Below are positions 1-9,400 of a stretch of 64,000 nucleotides of DNA, one piece after another; positions within the stretch are counted from its first letter, which is position 1; the number at the start of each line of letters is the position of its first letter. The stretch comes from Akkermansia sp. (GTDB taxonomy: Bacteria; Verrucomicrobiota; Verrucomicrobiia; Verrucomicrobiales; Akkermansiaceae): the NCBI GenBank assembly GCA_045654325.1, contig JAZONE010000101.1:62077-126076 (forward strand), given 5' to 3'. The notes below the pieces were generated by a model. It saw nothing but the letters and a program-made list of their open reading frames with translations. It was not told where the DNA came from and did not search any database. A program made the translations under genes and the position numbers.

Positions 1-306
1 GCCGCGTTCGCGCTTGCGCTTGCGGAGGAAGTTGCGTGCGTTATTGAGCGCGATGGAATAGAGCCAGGTGTAGAACGAGCTGTTGCCTTTGAAATAGCGG
101 AGCGAATGGAATGCTTTCAGGAAGGATTCCTGCGCTACGTCGTAGGCATCGGCTTCGCTGTTGAGCATCTGGATGAGCATGGCGTTGAGCTTGCGGCTGT
201 GGCGCCGGATGAGTTCATCGTACGCGCGGGTCTGCCCGGCGAGTGTCTGCTCAATGAGCTGCTCGTCCGGTTGGTCGGCGTAGGATTCTCTGGAGGCTTC
301 GTTCAT
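1..306 (-). CDS. ECF (RpoE-like) RNA polymerase sigma factor, 5' part; runs off the window edge
   Basis: Not in the ORF track. Manual translation from ATG 306: MNEASRESYADQPDEQLIEQTLAGQTRAYDELIRRHSRKLNAMLIQMLNSEADAYDVAQESFLKAFHSLRYFKGNSSFYTWLYSIALNNARNFLRKRKRE, which is typical sigma region 2 (D..QE.FLKA; F.TWLY.IA.N). Confidence 0.9.
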   Translation of the reverse strand, partial: MNEASRESYADQPDEQLIEQTLAGQTRAYDELIRRHSRKLNAMLIQMLNSEADAYDVAQESFLKAFHSLRYFKGNSSFYTWLYSIALNNARNFLRKRKRERG

Positions 307-398
307 GGTGGTAGGGCATAGGGCGGGGTTGGGTTTTCTGCTGCGCGGGGCGGGGTGCCTGGGTGGCACTCCCCGCCCCGGCGGGCAGGATGGGTATC

Positions 399-2297
399 TT
401 ACAGCACGAACTCTCCCACGATGCCGCGGGTCTTTTCGTACCATTCGATGTAGGTTTTGTTGATAAGGGTATAACCACCAGGGGTGGGATAGTGGCCGCT
501 GAAGTACCAGTCGCCGCAGGGAGCCTCGATGGCGCTGTGCAGGCCTTCCAGTGTCTGGTAAACGCACTGGATGACGCAGGGAGAATCATCAGGCGTGACC
601 ATACGGGAGATTTCGGCGGTGATTTCGTCATCCGTCAGGCTGCTGTAGATGCGGCGCACCGGGTTGGTGCGTTTCTCAGCAGGCTGGGTGAGCTGGTAGC
701 GGCACTCGTTGTACACATCTGTCACGATGTTGGAGAGCCCCTTGCGGTGCAGCAGGTTAATGGCTGCAAGGAAGGCTACAAACTGACCCATCTCGCACAT
801 GTCGATACCGTAGAAGTCCGGGTAACGTACCTGCGGAGCAGAGGAAACGATGACAATCTTGCGGGCCTTCGTGCGGGCCAGCAGACGCAGCAGGCTCATC
901 TTGAGCGTGGTGCCACGCACGATGGAGTCGTCAATAGCCACGAGCACTTCGTCCTCACCCACGGCGCCGTAGGTCAGGTCATACACCATGGAGGCCATCT
1001 GCTTGCGGCTGCTGGCTTCGGAGATGAAGGTGCGGAGTTTGATGTCCTTGTGCGCAATCTTTTCAGCGCGGGGCCAGCGGCGGAGGATGAGCTCGTTGAT
1101 GAGGTCCTCGCTCATGGTGCCGTTGCGGAAAGCATCCACCATGGCCTGGGTCACCTTGTTACGGCGATAAGCGCGCAGACCCTCCAGCAGGCCGTAGTAG
1201 GAAACTTCGGCTGTGTTGGGAATGAAGGTGATGGCGGCCTTGGAGAAGTCATCTTTATCCAGACTGGCCACGACTTGTTCCGTAAGGTTGGCACCCAGAG
1301 CCTTGCGTTCGCGGTAGATGACGGGGTCGTTGCCGCGGGAGGTGTAGATGTCCTCGAAGCAGCAGGGGGTGAACTTGCCGGGAGTGGTGTACTCCTTGAT
1401 GCTCACCTGACCATCGGCCTTCACGAGAATCATGTTGGCAGCAGGCAGTTCGTGCACCTGGTCTTCGTCCACCTCCATCACGCTCATGAGCGGAGCCCGC
1501 TCGCTGGCGATGGCAATGAACTCATCCGTGTGGATGTAGTAGCAGTGGCGGATGCCGTGCGGGTCGCGCAGGCAGAAGAAATCACCGTTACCCACGGCGC
1601 CCATGATGACATAGCCGCCATCCCAGTCTCTGCAGGCCTTTCCAATCACGTCGAAGAGATTGAGCTCTGCGGAAATAATCTGGGGAATTTCGCGGCCGTC
1701 CACGTTCTGCTTGCGCAGTTCGCGGTACTTGTCAGTGTGAGCCTCATCGAGGTAGTAGCCTACTTCCTCCAGAATGGCCTGAGTGTTGGTGTCGAACACG
1801 GGGTGCTGGCCACGAGCCATGAGCTTTTCGTGCAGCTCCTCCACGTTGGTCATGGAGTAGTCGCCCTGCAGCATCAGGGTGCGAGTGGGCCAGTTGGAGC
1901 GGCGCAGGAAGGGGTGGCAGTTGCCTTCTTCGTACTGCACGCCGCTGCTGCCGTAAAGCATGTGCCCCATGAGCACCTCACCACCGAAGTTGAAGTGCTT
2001 CTTGAAGGTGATGGCATCTGTGCCGTCGATGATGCCGTCCTCGCGCATGTGGCGCAGGTTGCGCTGCTGAGAGGTGAAGATGTCTGTGAGGGCAGAGCCG
2101 CCTACCGCACGGGAGCGGAAGACATAGGGCTCACCCAGCGGCATGTTCAGCTTGATGCTGCCGAACCCGGCACCGTCCTGGCCGCGGTTACGCTGCTTTT
2201 CCAGCAGGAGGAAAAGCTTGTTGAATGCCCACTCAGGATTCCCATACTTTTCTTCAAAGTATGAGAGCGGCTTGAGCAGGCGGATGGCTGCGGACAT
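399..2297 (-). CDS. purF: Amidophosphoribosyltransferase (Bacteroidetes-like long form) with a degenerate glutaminase domain
   Basis: IRLLKP..NRGQDGAG N-terminus, PRPP-binding VAIDDSIVRGTT, YPDFYGIDM and C-terminal YPTPGG. Directly downstream of purM, with an AGGAG RBS before the ATG. Confidence 0.9.
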   Translation of the reverse strand: MSAAIRLLKPLSYFEEKYGNPEWAFNKLFLLLEKQRNRGQDGAGFGSIKLNMPLGEPYVFRSRAVGGSALTDIFTSQQRNLRHMREDGIIDGTDAITFKKHFNFGGEVLMGHMLYGSSGVQYEEGNCHPFLRRSNWPTRTLMLQGDYSMTNVEELHEKLMARGQHPVFDTNTQAILEEVGYYLDEAHTDKYRELRKQNVDGREIPQIISAELNLFDVIGKACRDWDGGYVIMGAVGNGDFFCLRDPHGIRHCYYIHTDEFIAIASERAPLMSVMEVDEDQVHELPAANMILVKADGQVSIKEYTTPGKFTPCCFEDIYTSRGNDPVIYRERKALGANLTEQVVASLDKDDFSKAAITFIPNTAEVSYYGLLEGLRAYRRNKVTQAMVDAFRNGTMSEDLINELILRRWPRAEKIAHKDIKLRTFISEASSRKQMASMVYDLTYGAVGEDEVLVAIDDSIVRGTTLKMSLLRLLARTKARKIVIVSSAPQVRYPDFYGIDMCEMGQFVAFLAAINLLHRKGLSNIVTDVYNECRYQLTQPAEKRTNPVRRIYSSLTDDEITAEISRMVTPDDSPCVIQCVYQTLEGLHSAIEAPCGDWYFSGHYPTPGGYTLINKTYIEWYEKTRGIVGEFVL

Positions 2298-2321
2298 GTG
2301 TGTGTCTCCTTTCCGGTTCGG

Positions 2322-3332
2322 TTACTTGCGGACGCTCACCTTGATGCCCTTGCCCTCGCGCATCGTGCCGATGACGGTGCCGCCGGGGCCGGCGGTGAGG
2401 GCCTGCTCGACCTGGTCGGGGGAGACGATGGCAACCCAGCCGATGCCCATGTTGAAGGTGTGGAAACGGTCTTCGGCATCAACGAACTTCAGAACCTTCT
2501 GAACGGGTTCGTTGTCCCAGTAGGGAATTTCGAGGTCAGCACCCTTTTCGCCGAGGAAACGCTCGAGGTTTTCGGGCAGACCGCCGCCGGTGATGTGGGC
2601 GTAGGCCTTGGGGGTGATGCCGAGCTTGCGCATGTCGTACACCACGTCATGGTACAGGCGGGTGGGGGCGAGCAAGTCGCGCAGCTCTTCCTTGGTAAGC
2701 AGGTCGGGGTTCTGAGCCAGCACGCGGCGCACAAGGCTCCAGCCATTGGCGTGGAAACCATCGCTGGGGTAGCCGATGAGTACATCGCCCACAGCCACCT
2801 GACTGGGGTCAATCATCTCGCTCTTTTCCACGCAGCCGATGCTGAAGCCGGCGAGTTCAACAAGACCTTCGGGTACAACGCCGGGCATTTCTGCGGTTTC
2901 GCCGCCGGCGAGAATGCAGTTGCAGCTCTCCAGGTAATCGCACATGCCGGCCACGAGACGGGTGATGCGGGGACGCTCTACCTCCAGGTTGGAAATGCCG
3001 AGGTAGTCGAGGAACATGAGCGGGTCGCCACCGGTGGTGAGCAGGTCGTTCACGTTCATAGCCACCAGATCCTTACCGGCGGTTTCCAGCATGTCCATGT
3101 CGAAAAGGATTTCCGTCTTGGTACCCACGCCATCCGTACCGGTTACAATCACCGGCTCCTTGTAGGAGGAGAGGTCGTAAGCAGCAGCGAAAAGACCGAA
3201 AGCATTGCAAAGCTGGCGGGTTTTCTGCGTGCGCTTCACGTGGGAGCTGATATCAGAAACGAAAGACTGCGCCTCAATAGTATCGACGCCGGACTGCTTG
3301 TAAGTGAGATTGCCGGACATAGCTTGAATCAT
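2322..3332 (-). CDS. purM: Phosphoribosylformylglycinamidine cyclo-ligase (AIR synthetase)
   Basis: TYKQSGVD, TDGVGTK, DLVAMNVND, GGETAEMPG, HITGGGLPEN and TFNMGIG motifs. Confidence 0.97.
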   Translation of the reverse strand: MIQAMSGNLTYKQSGVDTIEAQSFVSDISSHVKRTQKTRQLCNAFGLFAAAYDLSSYKEPVIVTGTDGVGTKTEILFDMDMLETAGKDLVAMNVNDLLTTGGDPLMFLDYLGISNLEVERPRITRLVAGMCDYLESCNCILAGGETAEMPGVVPEGLVELAGFSIGCVEKSEMIDPSQVAVGDVLIGYPSDGFHANGWSLVRRVLAQNPDLLTKEELRDLLAPTRLYHDVVYDMRKLGITPKAYAHITGGGLPENLERFLGEKGADLEIPYWDNEPVQKVLKFVDAEDRFHTFNMGIGWVAIVSPDQVEQALTAGPGGTVIGTMREGKGIKVSVRK

Positions 3333-3447
3333 CGCTTGGATGCGCGCGCATTATACATGAATCGCCCCGCTTTGGCAAGCCGATTCTCTCGGCTTTTTCC
3401 AACTGATTGTTTTCCGGTACCGGCATTGCCTTTTTATCTCTGCCGGG

Positions 3448-4029
3448 TTAAGCCGGGCTGCCCTGGTACAGACCGCTCCTCGCAGCCATGCGAAGAACGG
3501 AGGAATCTAGTTCGCTGCATCGGGTGGCAAAATCGTCTGCCCCCCACCATTCCAGTGCTTCGGATTCGTCTGATATGGCGAAGCTTTCGTGAGGGGCTCG
3601 TAAGAGGAAACGCACATCGTAATGATAGTGAGCGGGCTCACGCTTCGCGGGATTTTCGGGGATGAGGTGGATATCAATGTCGAAGATATCGGTGCTTTCT
3701 GCGATAATGTCGCTGATTCCGCTTTCCTCGGTAGCTTCACGCAGCGCCACCCTGAGCAAATTCGCGTCGCCATCAGCGTGACCTCCGGTCTGCAGCCAGC
3801 GCCCGAGTTTACGGTGCAGGGTCAGCAGAGCCTTGTCGCCGGCGGGGGTGAGCAGCCAGGCTGAACCGGTCATGTGTCCGCTTTGGTACCAGCGCTGGAA
3901 ACAGTCCGGTGTGCTTTCAATAAAGGCCTGCATTTTGTCGGCAGCCTGCTGCTGCTCCGGATGTTTTTGAGCGAAAAATCGGAGTGCGGTAAGCAGAGAT
4001 GTGCGAAAATCGGCTGTAGCCTGGCTCAT
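3448..4029 (-). CDS. NUDIX hydrolase
   Basis: GHMTGSAW, HRKLGRWLQTGGHADG and ALREATEESG Nudix box, plus HYHYDVRF. Confidence 0.9.
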   Translation of the reverse strand: MSQATADFRTSLLTALRFFAQKHPEQQQAADKMQAFIESTPDCFQRWYQSGHMTGSAWLLTPAGDKALLTLHRKLGRWLQTGGHADGDANLLRVALREATEESGISDIIAESTDIFDIDIHLIPENPAKREPAHYHYDVRFLLRAPHESFAISDESEALEWWGADDFATRCSELDSSVLRMAARSGLYQGSPA

Positions 4030-4106
4030 AGACCGGCTATTTTAACCAGTTTTGAATGAAAATCAAGTCATACGCATAAAAAAATAATGTAAAGAAAAGT
4101 TTAGTA

Positions 4107-4136
4107 TTGGCACTCAGGTAAGAAATGTGATAGTAT
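4107..4136 (+). promoter_or_regulatory. Putative sigma70 promoter for the lipoprotein gene, giving a long leader
   Basis: TTGGCA (4107-4112), N18, TAGTAT (4131-4136), with an AT-rich upstream tract. Confidence 0.45.
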
Positions 4137-4325
4137 ACGTGTGGCGGGGTAGGGAACTACATGAGAAGCGGTAAAGCGAATCATGCAGCTGGTTGTATTC
4201 TGGCATGAGTTACCTGGCTCTCCATCTGCTGGCTGTTCATCAATCTGGTTAGTTTTCAATAGCGGCTTCCGTTCCGCCAGGTTGAAACAGGCTGCGGTCA
4301 CAGCAAGTTTCTCACATTTAACCAT

Positions 4326-4799
4326 ATGCAAAGCTCACGTTCGTTTATTCTCAGCATTCTTGCCATGGTAGCGTGCCTGTTCACGGCCTGCCAGAGCGGG
4401 AGTGACATGAAGTATTACAACTTCCCGGATGCGGTCACCAGCATTAACCAGGTGGATCCTGCATACAGGAAGTATTTTGTTGATCAGCAGGGGCGCAATT
4501 ATAGTGCAGACGACCAGCGTAAGGCACTCGCTGCAGCTATTCGTACCTCCCGCACGCCGGTTCCGGCATATGTGCCGCGTTCTGCCATGGCCAGCACGAA
4601 GAGCAGTGCCCGCCGCAGCAAGGCAAGCAGCAGCCGTCGCGCAGTAGCCCGTCGCGGCAAGGCCCGCAGCTCTCGCAGCTCCGTAGCCCGTAAGAAGACC
4701 ACCACCAGCCGCAAGCGCGCGGTGGCCAAGAAGAAGACAACTACACGCAAGCGTGCTGTGGCTAAGAAGCGCACAAGTTCTCGCCGCCGGCGTGGTTGA
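4326..4799 (+). CDS. Lipoprotein with a Lys/Arg/Ser/Thr-rich histone-like C-terminal tail
   Basis: Signal peptide with lipobox LFTA-C. Tail contains repeated KKTTT(S)RKRAVA units. Followed by a terminator. Confidence 0.75.
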   Translation: MQSSRSFILSILAMVACLFTACQSGSDMKYYNFPDAVTSINQVDPAYRKYFVDQQGRNYSADDQRKALAAAIRTSRTPVPAYVPRSAMASTKSSARRSKASSSRRAVARRGKARSSRSSVARKKTTTSRKRAVAKKKTTTRKRAVAKKRTSSRRRRG

Positions 4800-4823
4800 G
4801 GCTCGCTTCACAGAAAAATCAAT

Positions 4824-4862
4824 AGGCTCGCAGTTATATCAGAAACTGCGAGCTTTTTGTTT
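4824..4862 (+). terminator. Rho-independent terminator
   Basis: ggctcgcagtt ... aactgcgagct stem followed by a T-rich tract. Confidence 0.75.
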
Positions 4863-4864
4863 TC

Positions 4865-4960
4865 GGAGCACGGGACTTTCTTGTCTCGGCGAAGCCCAAA
4901 GGGCGTAGACGGAAGTCCCGTAAATCACGGAGAGGCTAATCGGGACTGAAGTCCCGTGCC
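4865..4960. repeat. Nested palindromic REP/MITE-like element
   Basis: gcacgggact (4868-4877) and agtcccgtgc (4950-4959) are inverted repeats, with internal cgggact/agtcccg copies and a GGCGAAGCCC-aaa-GGGCGTAGAC hairpin. Confidence 0.65.
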
Positions 4961-4991
4961 GTGGATGATTAGCTGCTTCTGCAAAAATAGG

Positions 4992-6395
4992 TCAGAGCGC
5001 AGGGGAGAGGAGTCTGCAGCAGTTTGCCAGCAATCTGGTAAGTAGCGGTGCCTTGTACCAATCTGCATGGGTGAAGGCGGTAGCATGCTGCATGTCTGCC
5101 TGCATCATTTCCGCCACGGCTGCTGTGGCGTTTTTATCTTCCATAAGGAGTGTAAGCTCATAGTTAAGACCGAGCGAGCGCTCATCCAGATTAGCAGTTC
5201 CTATACAGCAGGAGGAGTCTGCAATGCAGATTTTTTCGTGCAGAAAACCAGGTTCGTAGGCCAGCATACGCACGCCCGCAGCTAAAAGACCGGGCAGGAA
5301 AGTAAGCATGGCGAGCTGCGCGGCCTGGTTATCCCCCTGTCGGGGAATAAGCACGCGTACATCCACCCCACGCATGACTGCTACCTGCAAGGCGTGCAGA
5401 ACAGCGGCGCTGGGAACGAAATATGGACTGGCGAGCCAGAGTCTCTCACGTGCGGAAGCCGCCAGTTCAAGCAAGGTGAGTTGCCAGGTGTTCATGGGGC
5501 CATTTTCCGGTCCGCTAGGGATGAGTTGGCACTGGGTGTCACCATTTGGTAAAGCCGCTTTTGCGGGGCGGTTGAGAGTGGTGCCGGTGGCTCGGCGCCA
5601 GTCGTCATGAAAGCTGAGCAGGCACTGGTGCACGATGGGACCTCTGAGTGCGGCAAAAGTGTCGCGCCAATAGGTTCTGCCGGGAGCCTGAGTGTATTCG
5701 AGTCCTATGTTCAGACTGCCCAGATAGGCCACCTCTGAATCTATGACCACCAGCTTCCGGTGGTTGCGGTAATTCAGGCGTAATATGGAACTCAGCCAGA
5801 AGCGTCGGCCATTAAATGACGCTACATGCACGCCGGCTTTTCGGAGGCTGTGCAGGTAGCCGATGGAAAGTTTATGTGAACCGATTTCATCATATATCAC
5901 GTAAACCTGTACACCGGCACCTGCTCGTTCAATGAGTGCATCACGCAGGGTGTTGCCGACGATATCATTGCGGATAATGAAGAACTCGAGAAGGATATTA
6001 TCCTGAGCTTTGCGGATGGCTTCGAGCAGGTTTTTGTAGGTGTCGTTACCATCCTGCAGGATTTGAACGCTGTTCCCCCCACACGGGGCATAACCGGTAC
6101 AGCGTGTCAGCATGTTGCTGAGCAGGGTAGAGGGCTGCTGCCAGGCGCCGGCTTTGCGCAGAATACTTTGAATCGCTTCGCGACCGTGTCTGCTGGTGGT
6201 ATGGCGGCGTATACGGGCGGCCCCAAGTACGAGATAAAGTGGAATACTGATAGTGGGTAAAAAGAATAACCCGAGCATCCATGCAATCGTTCCCTGCGGA
6301 GAATGTGGGCGGCAGAGCGCGTGCAAGGCCAGGAACGCTCCTGTAGCGTGAAGTAAACCGAGAAGGGTAGCGGTCAGCAGCGAGTGCTGGTCCAT
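4992..6395 (-). CDS. cls: Cardiolipin synthase (phospholipase D family)
   Basis: N-terminal PLDc_N-type TM helices and two HKD motifs (HRKLVVID, HEKICIAD), plus SPYFVP and GTANLD. Confidence 0.9.
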   Translation of the reverse strand: MDQHSLLTATLLGLLHATGAFLALHALCRPHSPQGTIAWMLGLFFLPTISIPLYLVLGAARIRRHTTSRHGREAIQSILRKAGAWQQPSTLLSNMLTRCTGYAPCGGNSVQILQDGNDTYKNLLEAIRKAQDNILLEFFIIRNDIVGNTLRDALIERAGAGVQVYVIYDEIGSHKLSIGYLHSLRKAGVHVASFNGRRFWLSSILRLNYRNHRKLVVIDSEVAYLGSLNIGLEYTQAPGRTYWRDTFAALRGPIVHQCLLSFHDDWRRATGTTLNRPAKAALPNGDTQCQLIPSGPENGPMNTWQLTLLELAASARERLWLASPYFVPSAAVLHALQVAVMRGVDVRVLIPRQGDNQAAQLAMLTFLPGLLAAGVRMLAYEPGFLHEKICIADSSCCIGTANLDERSLGLNYELTLLMEDKNATAAVAEMMQADMQHATAFTHADWYKAPLLTRLLANCCRLLSPAL

Positions 6396-6402
6396 AGAAT
6401 AG

Positions 6403-9400
6403 TTATTGTTTAGTTTCGGCTTCAGTTCGCTGTGGTTGAGAACTCAGGCTGCTCTGGTCTCCCTTGAGCTTTTTGCTGAGGCCTATGTTCCACTGCGGAT
6501 CCAACAGGTCACCGTGGAGATTGATATCGATGAGGAAGTCGGAGAGTATCGTAACCGGAGAAATCAGAACGGTGGGAACACTTGAGATATGGGGCCACAA
6601 GTTACCCTTCATCGTCAGGGTGTTCAGGTCGATATCGAGATTTACGCCTACATCGAGGTTATAGCCTCCGGCTTTCATATCGCGGGTGATAAGGTGTCCG
6701 TTCATTATATCGAATCGGGAGAAGGCCTCGCTGATACCATAGCGCAGGAAGTGATTGGCAAATGGTAATTTGAGTGCCGTCTTACCTACTGAATCGATGG
6801 TTTTGCCACTGGTATCCCATACATAGTCTGAAAAACTTGTTGACCAGCTCGGTAATTGGATTTTCTCCGCTCCAGGCAGTGAGTTCTGCAGCTTTTCCAG
6901 TTGCTTGGGCATATCGGAGATAAGGGCTCCGATGGGGCGGAACAGACCGATTTCCATGAGGTCTCCGTTTTGCAGGTGTACCTGTCCATAGGCCTGAACC
7001 GCATCAAGATCTGGCCTGGGTGCCTGGAAGCGGATGAAACCATTGCATGTGGCCGGGGTGAAGTCTACGCCATACGAGGCCACAATATCTTTCAAATTAA
7101 GATTCTGTGCAGAAAAATATCCATCTAATGTGGTATGCTGACCAGAGAAGCCGATGCGCAGCGCACCATTAACCACTCCGCCCCAGCTTTGGGCGTTGAG
7201 CCGGTCAAGGTACACATCAGTATCGCTGATGTTGATGAAGCCGCTGAAGTTGCGGAATGGGATTGTTGTTCCCAGGAACTTGTAACCGGCGCCTCTGTCT
7301 GCCTCTGCCCGGATAAGGCCTTGCATGGGAATTTCACATCTGCTGGATATGGGGAAGACGCAATAGTCCGTTTCTATATCTGCAGGGCGTTCCAGCACAA
7401 TGTCGGACAGGAAATCGTGCAGGGGGGCATAGTACATACCGATGGCGTATCCCGGGTAGCATTCACCTTTCAGCTTGTGCAGGGAAATGATACGCTTCTC
7501 GATATCGAAACGAACTGCTTCACCACTGATTCGGCTGCTGGCGACTCCGTTTTTGATTTTTGCGTAGCGCAACCAGGGGCGGTTGTCGTAAAGAAGGTCG
7601 GGGTTCAGCAGGTCAATGTTGATGGCATCTGGCTCGGGGTTACCTGCAGCATCTGTGCAATCAAGCTTTACAAGTACATCTACGTCGCAGTGTCCTTCCT
7701 TTACTCTGGTGAATGGATCGCGTCCAAGATCGGTGCGCAGGTATTCCTCACCTGTAGGATTCCCCTGGGAATCGGTCTTATCCATAACAGCCCCGAGCTG
7801 GAAATCCAGGTTATACAGGTTAGCTTTGCAGAGAGCATGTACGTAGATACCACGGTCGTAGCGGATAGTGGTATCAATATCGGTGATGACATTGCGGGTG
7901 AGCCCGGGAGTGCAGCGGAAATCACGCATTATCCAGTGCGCGTCAGCGTTGTCGATAAGTGCGTTGATGATACTGACCGGTATGGTATTGTTTCCGGTGA
8001 TTCGGCATTCGCTGAGCGGATTGCCCGTCACGTGCACATCAAGCACGCCTTCTTTGTGGGTTGCCTTTACGTCAGCTTCGTAACGCATGTCCCCGTTCTG
8101 AGCGGTCGAGAAATGGCCGGATGCTTCCACTTGCAAAGGAATTTCGAGCCCCTTGTGCACATACACTTCGTTGCAGACTCGAACAAGCTCCGGTAGTTTC
8201 AGATTAAAACGGCAATTGCGGACTGTTCCGGCCTCTGTGTTTATACAGGCATCACCGGACAGACTGAGATTCCGAGGAAGCTTGAGCTCCTGCAGGGGTT
8301 CGCCGCCTAGCAGAGGCTTCAGTTCTGCAGCAGGAAGATTAAGGGTAACATTGGAAATCCGGAGCTCATTCTCCGGAGCAAGTGAGGCGTCTGCGCTCAA
8401 TGTAAGCGTTTCTTTGCCAAGTTTACTATCAAGCTGAAGGTACACGGCGTTTTGCTCTGTGTTCTTCAGGCTGAGACTGGTTTCTGTAGCGCTGAATCCA
8501 TTTGCTCCCGTGAGCTTTTTCAGCGTGGCCTGTACGTGTGTATCTTGCTGCATGTTGAGCCATGCATCAGAAATATCCAGTCCGGTTGGTATATCGACAT
8601 CCAGTGCTATATCTTCGGCTGAGATATCTCCCTGGTGCAGGGATTCAAGCGTAGCATGAATGGCAAGCGCAGAGGATTCCAGGGTTTCTATCGGGTGGTC
8701 GAAACTGAGTTCCAGTTTGTCGGCAGAAGAAGTACACTGAAGACGGTTGAGGGAAATATTGTCCAGCTCCACCGCTCCGGCATTTACGCTAAGTTCAGTG
8801 TGCCCCAGTTTCAGCGTTTCGAGTCCGGAATCTGACAGGATATCATTGAACTTCAGGTCAAAATGGACATCTCGGGTTTCAAATTGATTCTCGAGAGCAT
8901 TTGCTGCGTGAAGCTGCAGGTGGGCATACTGAACCTTGATATCATCCTGATAGCTGATGCCGGATACTTCCAGATTCAGCGTAGGCGAAAGAAGTTTTGC
9001 TCCATCAAAGATGATATCTCCTGTGCGGAATTGCAGCTGGCTGCTTCGCAGTGCAGGAATCAGGTCTTCAATGCGGCTTTTGCCGGCAATGAAAGGAGCA
9101 GTCGACATTTCGCAGCTGAGGTGTGCCTCCAGATTGGAGCTGAAAGACACCCCCTGTGGAAGCGTCAGCTTTTCATCACCGGAGAAACAACGCACCAGCT
9201 CGAGAATCACTTCATCTGACAATGAGATTTCCAGTTCTGCATTGCCTGTACCATTGGCAACCTGTGCAGCGCAGCGCAGATGCCCTTCCGGGAAATTAAT
9301 CAGGCACTGGTCCAGGTTGAAGTCGCCATCCTTCATGAAGAAGGAAAGCTGGAGATGGTCTGCTTCCTGTTTTCCGAATACAAGACCGCGCTGTTCGAGC

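Noticed and set aside
363-3665. 633-aa and 455-aa plus-strand ORFs opposite purF and purM
   Set aside because: In-register antisense shadows of well-identified genes.
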